64,000 nucleotides of DNA from an uncultured Candidatus Rokubacteria bacterium (GCA_963754315.1 CAVWFS010000016.1:143787-207786); one strand, 5' to 3'. Positions 19,015 to 31,211 are shown, counted from the stretch's first letter. The notes: a model not told the origin generated them from the letters alone. Made by a program: numbers and translations.

Positions 19015-19755
19015 TCAGGCCGCGTCGATCGCGCCCGTGATGAGTCCTGTGATCTCCTCGGGACTCGTGGCGGAAATGGCCTTGTCGGCGACCTTGCGAC
19101 CGCGCCGCAGCACGATGATGCGGTCGGCCACCGCGAAGACGTCGGGCATGCGGTGACTGATCAACACGACGGCAATGCCCTGATCGCGTAATCGGCGGAC
19201 CAGATTCAACACTTCGGTGACTTGACGCACCGAGATCGCCGCCGTCGGCTCATCCATCAGGACGATCTTTGGATTGGACAGACGGGTGCGGGCGATGGCC
19301 ACGGCTTGCCGCTGGCCTCCGGACATATCCCGCACGACGTCGCGCGGCCGCGTCTCCGATTTCAGCTCGGTGAACAGCTCGGCGGCGCGCCGGCTCATCG
19401 CTTTGAAGTCGAGCACGCGCAGCGGCCCCATCCAGCGGGTGAGCTCCCGCCCCATGAAGATGTTGATGGAAGCGGACAGATTGTCGCAGAGGGCGAGATC
19501 TTGATAGACGATCTCGATTCCACTCTGACGGGCCTCGGACGGCCGGGCGAACACGGCTGGCCGCCCGTCCACGAACAGCTTGCCGGCCGTGGGAGGAAAA
19601 TTACCGGCCACGACCTTGACCAGGGTCGATTTGCCGGCGCCATTGTCTCCCATCACGCCGACCACTTCCCCGGCCGAGATGGTCAAGGAGATATCATCGA
19701 GGGCCCGAATGGCGCCGAAATACTTTGAGATGGCCCGGCATTCCAGTATCGGCAA
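19015..19755 (-). CDS. Sugar ABC transporter ATP-binding protein (single domain)
   Basis: GDNGAGKST, VYQDLAL, MSGGQRQ, MDEPTAA; TTG start with upstream GGAGG. Confidence 0.92.
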   Translation of the reverse strand: MPILECRAISKYFGAIRALDDISLTISAGEVVGVMGDNGAGKSTLVKVVAGNFPPTAGKLFVDGRPAVFARPSEARQSGIEIVYQDLALCDNLSASINIFMGRELTRWMGPLRVLDFKAMSRRAAELFTELKSETRPRDVVRDMSGGQRQAVAIARTRLSNPKIVLMDEPTAAISVRQVTEVLNLVRRLRDQGIAVVLISHRMPDVFAVADRIIVLRRGRKVADKAISATSPEEITGLITGAIDAA

Positions 19756-19884
19756 TGACCTGTCCTCCGCAATGGGCCCGTGCTCATCCGATGATATCGG
19801 AAGGACGAGTCATCTTGACCGACGATCAGTAGGTCGCTAGACTCGCGCTGCCCGAGATCAGCCTACTCACAACGGAGTGAGAGC

Positions 19885-20871
19885 ATGAAAACGCTGATAG
19901 CCTTGGCCATCGCCACCGTCCTGGCCATCACCACCCAACCAGCCCTGGGGCAGGACAAGACCCTGGCCATCGTGGTCAAGGGCCTCGACAACCCGTTCTT
20001 CGAGCAGATCAATCTCGGGTGCCAGAAGTGGAATGCCGAGAACAAAGGAAAGGGCTACCGGTGCCTCTACACGGGACCGGCCTCCAGCACTGATGAGGCC
20101 GGTGAGATTCAGATCGTCGATGACCTGCTGACCAAGGGCGTCGCCGCCATCGCCATCTCGCCGTCCAATGCACCGTTGATGGCGAATCTCCTGAAGAGGA
20201 AGGCGCCCAAGATCCCGGTCATGACCATCGATGCCGATCTGGCCAAGGAGGACCACGGCCTGAGGAAGACGTACCTCGGGACCGACAACTACCTCATGGG
20301 CGTCAAATTTGCCGAGTATCTGAAGAAATTCAAGCCGAAGGGGGGCACCATTTGCCTGCAGCTCGGTAACGTGGCCGCCGACAACATCAACGCGCGTGCC
20401 GCCGGTACCCGCGACACCCTGGCCGGCGCCAAGGGGACGGCGAGGCTCACCGGACAGAACGGCTGGAAAGAGATCGACGGTTGCCCGCTATTCACCAACG
20501 ATCAGGCCGACCTCGCCAACCGGCAGATGGCCGACGTCTTCACGGCCAATCCCAAGCTCGATGCCTTCGTGCTGGAAGGTGGCTGGGCACAGTTCGCCCC
20601 CCAGGCGTACTCGCAAGTCACCGGCCAGGTCATGGACAAGCTGAAGAGCAAGGCGCTCGTCATCGTAGCCGGTGATACGCTCCCGCCCCAGATCGAGGCG
20701 CTCAAGGCGGGCCGCAGCCACGTCCAGGTCGGTCAGCGCCCGTTTGAAATGGGATATCGGGCGCCATCGGTGATGATCGATTTGATCAACGGCAAGCAGG
20801 TTCCGCCCGTGATCTACACCGGCCTCGATGAGTGCACGCTGGAAAATGTGGGTACGTGCATCGCCAAGTAA
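19885..20871 (+). CDS. Sugar ABC transporter substrate-binding protein (RbsB family)
   Basis: Signal peptide, VKGLDNPFF, YLGTDNY, QRPFEMGY. Confidence 0.92.
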   Translation: MKTLIALAIATVLAITTQPALGQDKTLAIVVKGLDNPFFEQINLGCQKWNAENKGKGYRCLYTGPASSTDEAGEIQIVDDLLTKGVAAIAISPSNAPLMANLLKRKAPKIPVMTIDADLAKEDHGLRKTYLGTDNYLMGVKFAEYLKKFKPKGGTICLQLGNVAADNINARAAGTRDTLAGAKGTARLTGQNGWKEIDGCPLFTNDQADLANRQMADVFTANPKLDAFVLEGGWAQFAPQAYSQVTGQVMDKLKSKALVIVAGDTLPPQIEALKAGRSHVQVGQRPFEMGYRAPSVMIDLINGKQVPPVIYTGLDECTLENVGTCIAK

Positions 20872-20880
20872 CGTCCGTGC

Positions 20881-22281
20881 TCATTTTCCCTTGACGGTCG
20901 GGAAGCCCGCGCGCGTCCACGCCATCATGCCGCCGAGGACGTTGAAGATTCTCGGGTAGCCGCGCCGGGCCAGCACACTCGCCACGACGGACGACCGATA
21001 GCCGCTGCTGCAGACGACCGCCACCGGCCGTTCTGGGGAAAGCTCGTCCGCCCGCTCCTGGATCTGCGCGCCGGTGATGTGGCGCGCCCCGTCGATGTGG
21101 CCGGCCATCCACTCGTGCGGCTGCCTCACGTCGAGCACGACCAGATCGCGTTCGCGCTCCAGATGCCGGCGAAGGTCATGCGCTGTCCACTGGGGGAGGA
21201 AGGCAAGATCTTGGCCTGACGTCCGCCACGCGTACATTCCATTGGCCAGCCAGCCCTCGGGCAGCGCGAAGCCGATCCTGAGCAGCGACCAGCACACGTC
21301 CCAAAGATTCGACGCATGGTCGAGGACCAGCAAGACCCGAGTGTCGACGGGGACCACGGACCCGAACCATGTCGGGAACGAGGGACCCATCCCCACGTTG
21401 AGGGAGTGCGGGATGTGGCCGGCGCCGTACGCCTCCGGCGAGCGGCAGTCGACGACGATGGCCCCCCGATCATGGCGCCGGACGAACTCGTCCACGCGCA
21501 GGGCGGGTGGTTCGGCGAGCACACCGAGCAGCGGCGGTCCCTGCTGATTCAGCTCCCGCATTCGCCGCCAGTATGGAGGTACCGCCGGCAAGCTCTCGAG
21601 GTTCAGGCACTCCGCAACGAAACGCTCGCGTGACGTGATGCACGAGAGCAGGTGGTTGAGGCGCCGCTCGTAGCCGATCGTCGTCGAGTAGCGGCTGCCG
21701 ATGTTGCCGCCGCAGAGCGAGCCGGCCACATGGGTGGGGTAGACCTCGACGTGATCGGGGAGCGCGAGAATCTTGTCCTGCAGTGTCTGTTGCATGGCCC
21801 TCGCCATCTCGAGCGTGTGGTCGTGACTGCCGAGGAGGTCCGGACGAGCCACGTCGCCGACGAGGAGGGCGCCACCGGACAGCAGGAGGGCGGGCGCCTC
21901 ACCGCGGGCGCGATCGGTCACGAGCAAGCTGATGTGCTCGGGGGTGTGACCCGGTGTGTGAAGCGCTTCTATGAGCACCTCCCCCATCTCGACCCGCTGC
22001 CCATCCCCCAACGGACGCGCCGCATACCCGATCTCTGCCCTGGCTCCGGCCAGTAACTGCGCCTCGCCTCGCCCGGCCACTTCACAGATGCCCGTGACAT
22101 AGTCGTTGTGCTGATGCGTGTCGACGGCATACGCGATCTGCAGTCCATGCTTTCGGGCCGCCTCGAAGTACACGTCGACGTCTCGCCGGACATCCAGCAC
22201 CAGTGCCTCGCCAGATTGCTCCGAGCCGAGCAGGTACGAGGCCTGACCGAGCTCCTCGAGGACGAACTGCCGGAAGATCAT
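20881..22281 (-). CDS. MBL-fold persulfide dioxygenase-rhodanese fusion (CstB-like)
   Basis: DTHQHNDY, HTPGHTPEH, HVAGSLCG, then two rhodanese domains (GHIPHS; LDVRQPHEW...GHIDGA...CSSGYRS). Confidence 0.85.
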   Translation of the reverse strand: MIFRQFVLEELGQASYLLGSEQSGEALVLDVRRDVDVYFEAARKHGLQIAYAVDTHQHNDYVTGICEVAGRGEAQLLAGARAEIGYAARPLGDGQRVEMGEVLIEALHTPGHTPEHISLLVTDRARGEAPALLLSGGALLVGDVARPDLLGSHDHTLEMARAMQQTLQDKILALPDHVEVYPTHVAGSLCGGNIGSRYSTTIGYERRLNHLLSCITSRERFVAECLNLESLPAVPPYWRRMRELNQQGPPLLGVLAEPPALRVDEFVRRHDRGAIVVDCRSPEAYGAGHIPHSLNVGMGPSFPTWFGSVVPVDTRVLLVLDHASNLWDVCWSLLRIGFALPEGWLANGMYAWRTSGQDLAFLPQWTAHDLRRHLERERDLVVLDVRQPHEWMAGHIDGARHITGAQIQERADELSPERPVAVVCSSGYRSSVVASVLARRGYPRIFNVLGGMMAWTRAGFPTVKGK

Positions 22282-22294
22282 GGCCGAGGGGGTG

Positions 22295-22609
22295 TCAGAG
22301 GAGGCCGAGCTTCAGCTTGGCGGCGTCGGACATCATGTCGCGGTCCCAGGGCGGGTCAAAGACGATATCCACCTTGGCGTCAGTGACGCCGGTTACCGAG
22401 CGCACCCGGCTCTCGACCTCGGCGGGAAGCTCCTCGGCAGCTGGGCAGTTGGGCGCCGTGAGGGTCATGCGAACCTGGACCCCACCGTCGGGCGCCACGG
22501 TGACGCCGTAGATGAGGCCCAGGTCGTAGATGTTCACCGGGATCTCCGGGTCGTAACACGTCTGCAGCGCCTCGATCACCTGACGCTCGATGGCCACCTG
22601 GTCGACCAT
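22295..22609 (-). CDS. sufT: DUF59 Fe-S cluster assembly protein SufT
   Basis: YDPEIPVNIYDLGLIY, MTLTAPNCP, FDPPW. Confidence 0.9.
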   Translation of the reverse strand: MVDQVAIERQVIEALQTCYDPEIPVNIYDLGLIYGVTVAPDGGVQVRMTLTAPNCPAAEELPAEVESRVRSVTGVTDAKVDIVFDPPWDRDMMSDAAKLKLGLL

Positions 22610-22621
22610 GCTCGTCCCTTT

Positions 22622-23068
22622 CTATTCGGTCGAGATGGGCTCGGCGGCACCGCTGAGAGCCGCCTGCAGGGTGTGCCAGGGCAGGGTGGCACACTTGACC
22701 CGGCTGGGGAACTCGCGCACGCCGGCAAAGACGGCCAGCTTGCCAAGATCGCCGCCGTGGCCGTTGTCCTCCCCGGTGAGCATCGTGTGGAAGCGGTGGA
22801 ACAGTGCCTCGGCGTCGGCGGCCGTCTTGCCGACGACGCTGCTCGTCATCATGGACGCCGAAGCCTTCGAGATGGCGCAGCCGCTCCCCTGAAAGGCCGC
22901 GTCCTTGATCACACCGTCCTCGACCGTGAGGTAGAGCGTGAGCTGGTCGCCGCAGAGCGGGTTGAAGCCCTCGGCCGTCCGGTTGGCCGTCGGAAGCGCG
23001 CGAAAGTTGCGAGGCTTCCGGTTGTGGTCGAGGATCACCTGCTGGTACAGCTCGCGCAGTTCGGACAT
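22622..23068 (-). CDS. sufU: SUF system NifU-family sulfur transfer protein SufU
   Basis: [43 protein letters not shown]. Confidence 0.93.
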   Translation of the reverse strand: MSELRELYQQVILDHNRKPRNFRALPTANRTAEGFNPLCGDQLTLYLTVEDGVIKDAAFQGSGCAISKASASMMTSSVVGKTAADAEALFHRFHTMLTGEDNGHGGDLGKLAVFAGVREFPSRVKCATLPWHTLQAALSGAAEPISTE

Positions 23069-24301
23069 CAGCCGAGGACCTCTCGAACCTTCCCGACGGC
23101 CTGCCCCAGCACGTCGAGCTCGGCCCGCGTGTTGTAGAAAGCCAGCGAGGCGCGCGCGGTGGCCGGAACGCCGAACCGCTCCATCACCGGCATCGCGCAG
23201 TGATGGCCGGTGCGCACGGCCACACCCTCCTGATCCAGGATCGTGCCGACGTCGTGCGCGTGCACGCCCTCGACCACGAAGGACAGGATGGCCGATTTTC
23301 GGCGGGCGGTGCCAATCAGCCGCACCCCCGGCACGGCGCCCAGCACCTCGGTGCCGTGGGCCAGAAGCTCGTGCTCGTAGGCCGCGATGCGATCCAGGCC
23401 GAGTTCGGCGATGTAGTCGAGTGCGGTGGCGAGGCCGATGGCGCCCGCGATATGGGGCGTCCCCGCCTCGAACTTGTACGGCAGGTCGTTGTAGACGGTC
23501 TTCTCGAAGGTGACCTGCTTGATCATGTCGCCACCGCCCTGGTAGGGAGGCATCCGCTCGAGCCACCGCTCCTTGGCGTAGAGGACACCGATGCCCGGTG
23601 GGTCCGAAAGTCTTGTGACCGGAGAAGACGTAGAAGTCGCAGTCGAGGGACTGCACGTCGACCTGCTGGTGGGGCACGGCCTGGCAGCCGTCCACCAGCA
23701 CCGGCACGCCCTGGTGGTGGGCGAGGGCGATGATCTCCTCGATGGGGGTGATCGTCCCGAGCGCGTTCGAGACCTGGGGCACGGCGACCAGCCTGGTCCG
23801 CGGTCCGAGCAGGCGCGCGTACTCCTCCATGATGAGATCGCCGCGATCGTCGACCGGTACCACCCTGAGCCGGGCGCCCTTCTCCTCGCACAGCATCTGC
23901 CAGGGGACGATGTTGGCGTGGTGCTCGATGGCCGTGATGATGATCTCGTCCCCGGCGGTGACGTTCGAACGTCCGTGAGTGGCCGCGACCAGGTTGATGC
24001 CCTCGGTGCCCTGGCGCACGAAGATGATCTCCCGGTGGGAGGCCGCGTTGAGGTGACGCTGGATTCGCGCGCGCGCGCCCTCGTAGGCGGCAGTGGCCCG
24101 CTCGCTCAGCGTGTGCACACCCCGGTGGACGTTGGCGTTGTCCTGCGCGTAGTAGCGGACGAGGGCATCGATCACGGCCTGCGGCTTCTGGCTGGTGGCC
24201 GCGCTGTCGAGATACACGAGCGGCTTGCCGTGGACTTCCTGGTGCAGGATCGGGAAGTCCTTGCGGACACGCTCGACGTCCCAGTGAGTGTCGGTGATCA
24301 T
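23068..24301 (-). CDS. sufS: Cysteine desulfurase SufS (one apparent frameshift near 23595)
   Basis: [27 protein letters not shown] then IGVLY...[24 protein letters not shown] in the next frame. Confidence 0.93.
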
Positions 24302-25638
24302 GCGGTTTTCCTCACGGCCCGGCCGGTCAGCCGTGCCATCAGCAAGCGGTCGAGGTACGCCCGGATCGGTGCGACCGTGATCCTGTCGACGACCTCACGC
24401 GCGAATCCGTAGGTGAGCAGAGCGCGAGCCGATGCCTCGTCCAGGCCCCGGCTCCTCAGATAGAAGAGGGCGTCCGGAGCCAGCTGTCCTTCAGCGGCGC
24501 CGTGCGTGCAGCGGACGTCGTCGGCGAAGATCTCGAGCTGGGGCTTGCTGTCAACCTCCACGCCGTCTGAGAGAAGCAGGTGCTTGTTGGTCTGGTTGGC
24601 GTCGGTCTTCTGGGCGTCCGGCCGGACGATGATCCGTCCGTTGAAGACGGCGCGGGACGAGCCGTCGAGCACGCCCTTGTAGAGCTGCTGGCTCGAGCAG
24701 CGCGGCACGGCGTGGTCGACGGTCACGTGATTGTCGACATGCTGCCGCCCGTCGACGACGTAGAGGCCGCTCAGCGCGGCCCGGGCGCTCTGGCCCCCGA
24801 ACCGTACGGCGAGGGTGGTGCGTGCGAGCCGTCCGCCGAACGTCATACCGCACGTCGAAAAGGAGCTCTCGTGCTCGAGGTCGGCGGCGATCGTGGTGAT
24901 GTGGAAGGCGTCGGCTCCCTGCTCTTGCAACACGTAATGGTCGACCGACGCGCCGGGCGCGGCATCGATCTCGGTCACCGTGTTGGCGAAGTACGCCTCA
25001 CCGGTGAAGCCCATGTAACGCTCGACCACCTTGAACCGGCTCCCGGCTCCGGCCACGATCAGAACGCGCGGCTGTACCAGCGCGCCCGGCGACGTCGCCA
25101 GGAACAGCAGCTCGATCGGCATGGGAAGCGACGCGTCCGCCGGGACGTGCAGGAATGCCCCGTCCTCGACGAACGCGGTGTTGAGCGCAGCGAAAGCGTT
25201 CGTCTCCCACGCGGCGTGCCGGGCCAGATGTCGCTCGACCAGCACCCCATCGTGCGCGATGGCCTCGGCGAGGCTCGACACCCGCACGCCCCCTGGCCGC
25301 GGCGTCCTCGACGAGTGCCGAGGGGAGAACCGGCCGTTGACGAAAACCAGGCGTGGCCCGTCGAGGTCGAGCGTGAACTGCTCAGGAGTTCCGGCCGGAA
25401 GCTCGTCACGCGTGATGTGCTCGTCCGGCCTGAACGCCATGGCGGCGAGCGGTGCCAGATTGGTGTAGCGCCAGTCCTCGTCGCGCGTCGTCGGGAAGCC
25501 GAGCTCCCTGAAGCGGGCCATTGCCGATCGGCGCCGCGCGGCCAGCCACGATGGCGTTCTTTGCGCACCTCGCCGCTCGAGCCGCTCGAACTCGGTGAGA
25601 TAGTGCTCCTGCTCCCGGGGGGCGACAACGGTGGACAT
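24298..25638 (-). CDS. sufD: Fe-S cluster assembly protein SufD
   Basis: [45 protein letters not shown]. Confidence 0.95.
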   Translation of the reverse strand: MSTVVAPREQEHYLTEFERLERRGAQRTPSWLAARRRSAMARFRELGFPTTRDEDWRYTNLAPLAAMAFRPDEHITRDELPAGTPEQFTLDLDGPRLVFVNGRFSPRHSSRTPRPGGVRVSSLAEAIAHDGVLVERHLARHAAWETNAFAALNTAFVEDGAFLHVPADASLPMPIELLFLATSPGALVQPRVLIVAGAGSRFKVVERYMGFTGEAYFANTVTEIDAAPGASVDHYVLQEQGADAFHITTIAADLEHESSFSTCGMTFGGRLARTTLAVRFGGQSARAALSGLYVVDGRQHVDNHVTVDHAVPRCSSQQLYKGVLDGSSRAVFNGRIIVRPDAQKTDANQTNKHLLLSDGVEVDSKPQLEIFADDVRCTHGAAEGQLAPDALFYLRSRGLDEASARALLTYGFAREVVDRITVAPIRAYLDRLLMARLTGRAVRKTA

Positions 25639-25641
25639 GTC

Positions 25642-26411
25642 TTACACGCCGGCCGGCTCGGCGGCAGCGACCTCTTCGCGGATCCAGTCGTAACCCCTGC
25701 GTTCCAGCTCCCGCGCCAGCTCCTTCTCACCCGACTTCACGATGCGGCCGTCGAAGAGCACATGAACCTTGTCGGGTTCGACGTACTCGAGCATCCGCTG
25801 GTAGTGGGTCACCACGATCATCGCGTTGTCGGGCCGGCGCAGCCGGTTCACACCCGCCGCGACGACCTTGAGGGCGTCGATGTCGAGCCCGGAGTCGGTC
25901 TCGTCGAGGATGGCCAGCCGAGGTTCCAGCACCGCCATCTGGAGGATCTCGTTCCGCTTCTTCTCGCCGCCCGAGAATCCTTCGTTGACGGGCCGATTGA
26001 CAAAGCTTCGGTCCATCTCGACCAGCGCCAGCTTCTTCTCCAGCAGCTCGAGGAATTCCATGGCGTCCAGCTCCTCAAGCCCCTGGCGCGCGCGCCTCTC
26101 GTTGACGGCGGCCTTCAGGAAGTAGGCATTGTTCACACCAGGGATCTCGACCGGGTACTGGAAGGCCAGGAACAGACCGGCCCGGGCACGCTCCTCGGGC
26201 GGCATGGCCAGCAGGTCCTGGCCCAGGTAGGTCACGGTGCCGCCGGTGACGGCGTAGGCGGGGTGTCCCGCCAGCACCTGGGCCAAGGTGCTCTTCCCGG
26301 AGCCATTGGGACCCATCACCGCGTGGACCTCGCCCGCCTTCACCTCGAGGTTGACCCGCTTGAGGATCTCCCGGCCCTCGACACCCGCCGACAGGTCGCG
26401 GATGCTCAGCA

Positions 26412-26412
<1 letters not shown>
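25642..26412 (-). CDS. sufC: Fe-S cluster assembly ATPase SufC
   Basis: [44 protein letters not shown]. Confidence 0.96.
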
Positions 26413-27872
<1,460 letters not shown>

Positions 27873-27916
27873 AACTTGGCTCTCCGCTGCCACCCTCCAA
27901 GGCTATACCGAAATCT

Positions 27917-27941
27917 ATCTACGATCAAATTGGTCGCCGTT
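27917..27941. promoter_or_regulatory. Possible Rrf2/IscR-like operator upstream of sufB
   Basis: Imperfect palindrome atctaCGATCAAaTTGGTCGccgtt in the AT-rich promoter region. Confidence 0.35.
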
Positions 27942-28157
27942 ATTTTGGAGATGGCCATGGATCAGGGTGGAATAGATGTGAAGACTTGTATTTAGACGAC
28001 ATAATCGTGGCCGGAATCACGATTGGGCCGACCTGGCCAGATTCTCTGTCTCGGCGTGGCCACCTACCTTGGCGGCCCGGCGAAGCTATTAAAGGATGAG
28101 TCCTAAAGCTAAATAGTGTGCCATGCTGTCAAGCATCGCTGAATAGCGGAGTGGAGC

Positions 28158-29320
28158 ATGAAACGGGGTCCCACCGGGCGGTACGCGGTCACCTGGGTCG
28201 GAGGCGAGGAGATTCGCGCCTTCGTGCCGAGTCGGCTCCCGCCCGAGCCTCCGCTTGACCTGACGGGTGCCCGGCAACTGCTTCTTGAACGGGCCCTCCT
28301 TGCCCTCGGGCGGCTGGACAGCGTCTCGCTGCTGTTGCCCGCCATGCACCTGTTTCTCTACACCTACGTGCGCAAGGAGGCCGTGCTCTCCTCGCAGATC
28401 GAAGGGACCCAGTCGTCGCTCTCGGACCTCCTGCTGTTCGAGCTGGAGGAGGCCCCGGGCGCGCCGATGGAGGACGTGGTGGAAGTCTCCAACTACGTCG
28501 CCGCGCTGAACCACGGCTTGGAGCGGCTGAGGGGAGGCTTCCCTCTCTCCAACCGGCTCATCCGAGAGATCCACGCGCAGCTTCTCTCACGTGGGCGGGG
28601 GGCCGAGAGGGATCCCGGTGAGTTCCGCCGGTCGCAGAACTGGATCGGCGGCACGCGGCCCGGCAACGCCCACTTCGTGCCGCCGCCGCACCATGACGTC
28701 GCAGACTGCATGGGCGCACTCGAGCGCTTCCTCCACGAGGAGACGACAGCGGTTCCCGTTCTCGTGAGAACCGGACTGGCGCACGTCCAGTTCGAGACCA
28801 TTCATCCATTCCTAGACGGGAACGGACGGGTTGGCCGCCTGCTCATCACCCTCCTGTTATTGCACGCAGGGGTTCTGAGGGAGCCCCTCCTCTATCTCAG
28901 CCTCTACTTCAAGCAGCATCGAGCGGACTACTATCGGCTCCTCGACGGCGTCCGTACAGACGGGGACTGGGAAGAGTGGCTCGATTTCTTCCTGGAAGGT
29001 GTGCGCGCCACGGCCGATCTGGCGGTGGCGACAGCGCAGCGCCTGGTCACGCTGTTCGGCGAAGACCGCGACCGCATCCGAGGGGGGGACGTGCGGCCGG
29101 ATCGGCCCTGCGAGTCTACGATCTCCTGAGAGAGCGGCCGCTGGCCTCGCTCAAGATGGCGAGCCAGCGAACCGGACTCTCGTTTCCCGCCGCGACCTCC
29201 GGGATGCGGGTGCTGGTCGATCTCGGCATCGCGCGCGAGGTGACGGGCCGCCGGCGCAACCGGGTCTTCGCCTACGACCGTTATTTGGCCGTCCTCAACG
29301 AAGGCACGGAGCCCGTTTAG
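28158..29320 (+). CDS. Fic family protein with C-terminal winged helix (apparent frameshift at G7 run 29082-29088)
   Basis: EAVLSSQIEGT, canonical HPFLDGNGRVGR; C-terminal EVTGRRRNRVFAYDRYL in the next frame. Confidence 0.92.
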
Positions 29321-29357
29321 GGTCTGCGCAGTCGACCAGACCGAGCGCTAAGCCCTT

Positions 29358-29429
29358 TCAGAAAGTGGGCCGCCGGTCGTCGCGCAGGACCAGCGCCAGG
29401 AGCCCGCTCGTGTCGGCCAGCAGCTTCAC
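29358..29429 (-). pseudogene. Truncated VapC PIN toxin (N-terminal 23 codons)
   Basis: VKLLADTSGLLALVLRDDRRPTF*, the PIN first strand with conserved Asp, directly after an antitoxin-like sequence. Confidence 0.65.
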
Positions 29430-29690
29430 GCTCGCCCTCCTTGGCGCTCTCCTTGGGCCAATCGTAGAGGTAGAAATCGTGGTTGACCGATTCGTCGCCC
29501 AGCGAGCCCTCAACGCAGCCAATGATTGCATCGGCGGGATCGTGAGCGCCGGCGGCTCGGGTCTCGTCATCGGTGCGGCCGAGGTAGCGATCGACCGCTT
29601 CTCGCACGATGGCCGCCAAGGGGACGCGCCGCCGACCGGCCTGATAGCGGAGCTCCTGGTAGGTCGGCTCGTCGACGGTAGGTTCGCGGT
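29430..29690 (-). pseudogene. CopG/RHH antitoxin remnant
   Basis: DEPTYQELRYQAGRRRVPLAAIVREAVDRYL...IIGCVEGSLGDESVNHDFYLY; native start and stop disrupted. Confidence 0.65.
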
Positions 29691-29706
29691 GACCCACATG
29701 GGCGAT

Positions 29707-29768
29707 GGGTGGGCCGCCTGCTCATCACCCTCCTGCTGTGCCACGCGGGGGTCTGAGGGAACCCTCTT
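29707..29768 (+). repeat. Diverged copy of an internal fic segment (28828-28890)
   Basis: gggtgggccgcctgctcatcaccctcctgctgtgccacgcgggggtctgaggga versus gggttggccgcctgctcatcaccctcctgttattgcacgcaggggttctgaggga. Confidence 0.85.
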
Positions 29769-29785
29769 TGGGTTGATCAGGATGG

Positions 29786-29810
29786 TGTCCAGAAATTCGG
29801 GTGTGGTTTA
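29786..29810. mobile_element. Possible solitary IS3-family terminal inverted repeat
   Basis: TGTCCAGAAATTCGGGTGTGGTTTA; the reverse complement TAAACCACACCCGAATTTCTGGACA resembles IS3/IS150-type ends; no transposase nearby. Confidence 0.3.
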
Positions 29811-29869
29811 ATCGTACGCGACAGCTCAATCTTGACCACCAGCGCGTCAGGTCATCGAGACCGAGCTGG

Positions 29870-29930
29870 CCGGGGAGAAGCGATCTTGATGTCCTGGACG
29901 TGGGTTGTGGGCGGAAGCCCTTCTATTCCG
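29870..29930 (+). pseudogene. Class I SAM methyltransferase fragment
   Basis: DLDVLDVGCGRKPF motif I with no downstream methyltransferase body. Confidence 0.5.
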
Positions 29931-29965
29931 GGGCAGAGTCTAGGGCCCCACGGCGGCCTCCGCAG

Positions 29966-31038
29966 ATGAGACGCAACGCGAAGCTCATATTTGGCTTCGC
30001 GGTCAAGGCCCTGCTCATCATAGTTATTACGTTTCTGGCGGCCGAGCTGAGCTTGCGTTTGTACCATTACTTCAACCCGGTCTTCGTATTTCCATCGAGC
30101 TCCTATGAACGATACCGCGGCAAACCCTTCTCTCAAGACTATGCCTTCCGGCTCAACTCTAAGGGCTTCAAGGACATCGAGTTCAACAAGGAAAAGGAGC
30201 CGGAACATATCGGATCCTGGGAATTGGTGATTCCTTCACGTTCGGTGCCGTCCCGTATGAGCACAATTATTTGACCCTTTTAGAAGATATGCTCAACTCA
30301 CCAAAAGCTGGGCACAGATATGAAGTGATCAATATGGGGATCCCTGGCACGAGCGTGAATCATTATCTCGCGCTCCTGCTGCGAGAAGGACTCGAGCTGG
30401 ATCCGGACCTCGTCGTGCTCTCCATTTTTCTGGGGAATGATCTTTCCGAAACCGACAAGCACCAACCGGTGACGTCCTACGTCGTATCTCTGGTGAGGGT
30501 TCTTTGGCAGGTGCCAGAGCATCTTGAAGCGCGCCAAATCCACCCCCTGCTGGCGTATGAGGACGACCAGCCCACGTTTTCCTATGATCGGTTCCTCGAC
30601 ATCGAGGTAGCACGGGCCCCCATCTACCTCGTGCGGAACCCCGACACCGAAAAATGGGTCCGGAATGCCGTGAAATATGTGAAGGAAATCGACCGCATCT
30701 GCGTCTTCAAGAAAGTCCGTCTCCTTATCGTTCTCATCCCGGACGAGTTGCAAATCGACAGCGATCTTCAGCGCGCAGTTATCCAAAAGTGGAAGGTCCC
30801 CCCTCGGGATATGGATTTTTCGCTGCCAAACAAGATGCTTTCCTTAGAGCTTGAACAAGCTGGCCTAACGTATGTGGACCTCATGGAACCGTTCCGGCGA
30901 GTGTCATCTCACACGCGACTATACAAGCCATACGACACCCACTGGAATATCGCCGGCAACCGGCTGGCGGCGGAGATCATCTACCACTATATTGCCAGCG
31001 GTGCTCGGCGGATGAGCCTGCTACGTCGCAACGACTGA
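29966..31038 (+). CDS. Membrane-anchored SGNH/GDSL hydrolase-fold protein, AlgX/AlgJ-like (apparent frameshift near 30203)
   Basis: N-terminal TM, LNSKGFKD, ILGIGDSFTFG, EVINMGIPG, FLGND, DTHWNIAGN. Confidence 0.85.
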
Positions 31039-31039
31039 G

Positions 31040-31211
31040 AGTAGACGAGCACACTGGTGTCGACCGCCCGCGCGGCCTACCGGCCGTTCATCAGGTCGAA
31101 CAGGTTGTCTCCGTCCAGGATGTCGACTCCGGGTTGTTCCTGGGGTCCCGGCGTGGGGATCTTGAAGGGTGATCGCCTCTTTTGCCAAGCGTGTGAGTGG
31201 CATAGTATGCC
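31040..31211 (-). pseudogene. Degraded VapBC module (antitoxin C-terminus plus PIN N-terminus)
   Basis: Reverse strand PFKIPT...QPGVDILDGDNLFDLMNGR* followed by AVDTSVLVYS; GGCATAgTATGCC palindrome at 31199-31211. Confidence 0.55.

Noticed and set aside
22622..24301. 559-aa SufS-SufU fusion in the ORF track
   Set aside because: Produced by one extra base near 23595; the true SufS C-terminus is in another frame and SufU has its own ATG overlapping the sufS stop.
29082..29088. Phase-variable G tract in fic
   Set aside because: A G7 run is short, and similar indels occur throughout the window, so sequencing error is more likely.
28828..29768. Diversity-generating retroelement TR/VR pair (also considered for 49646/50997)
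   Set aside because: No reverse transcriptase; mismatches are not adenine-specific and include indels.
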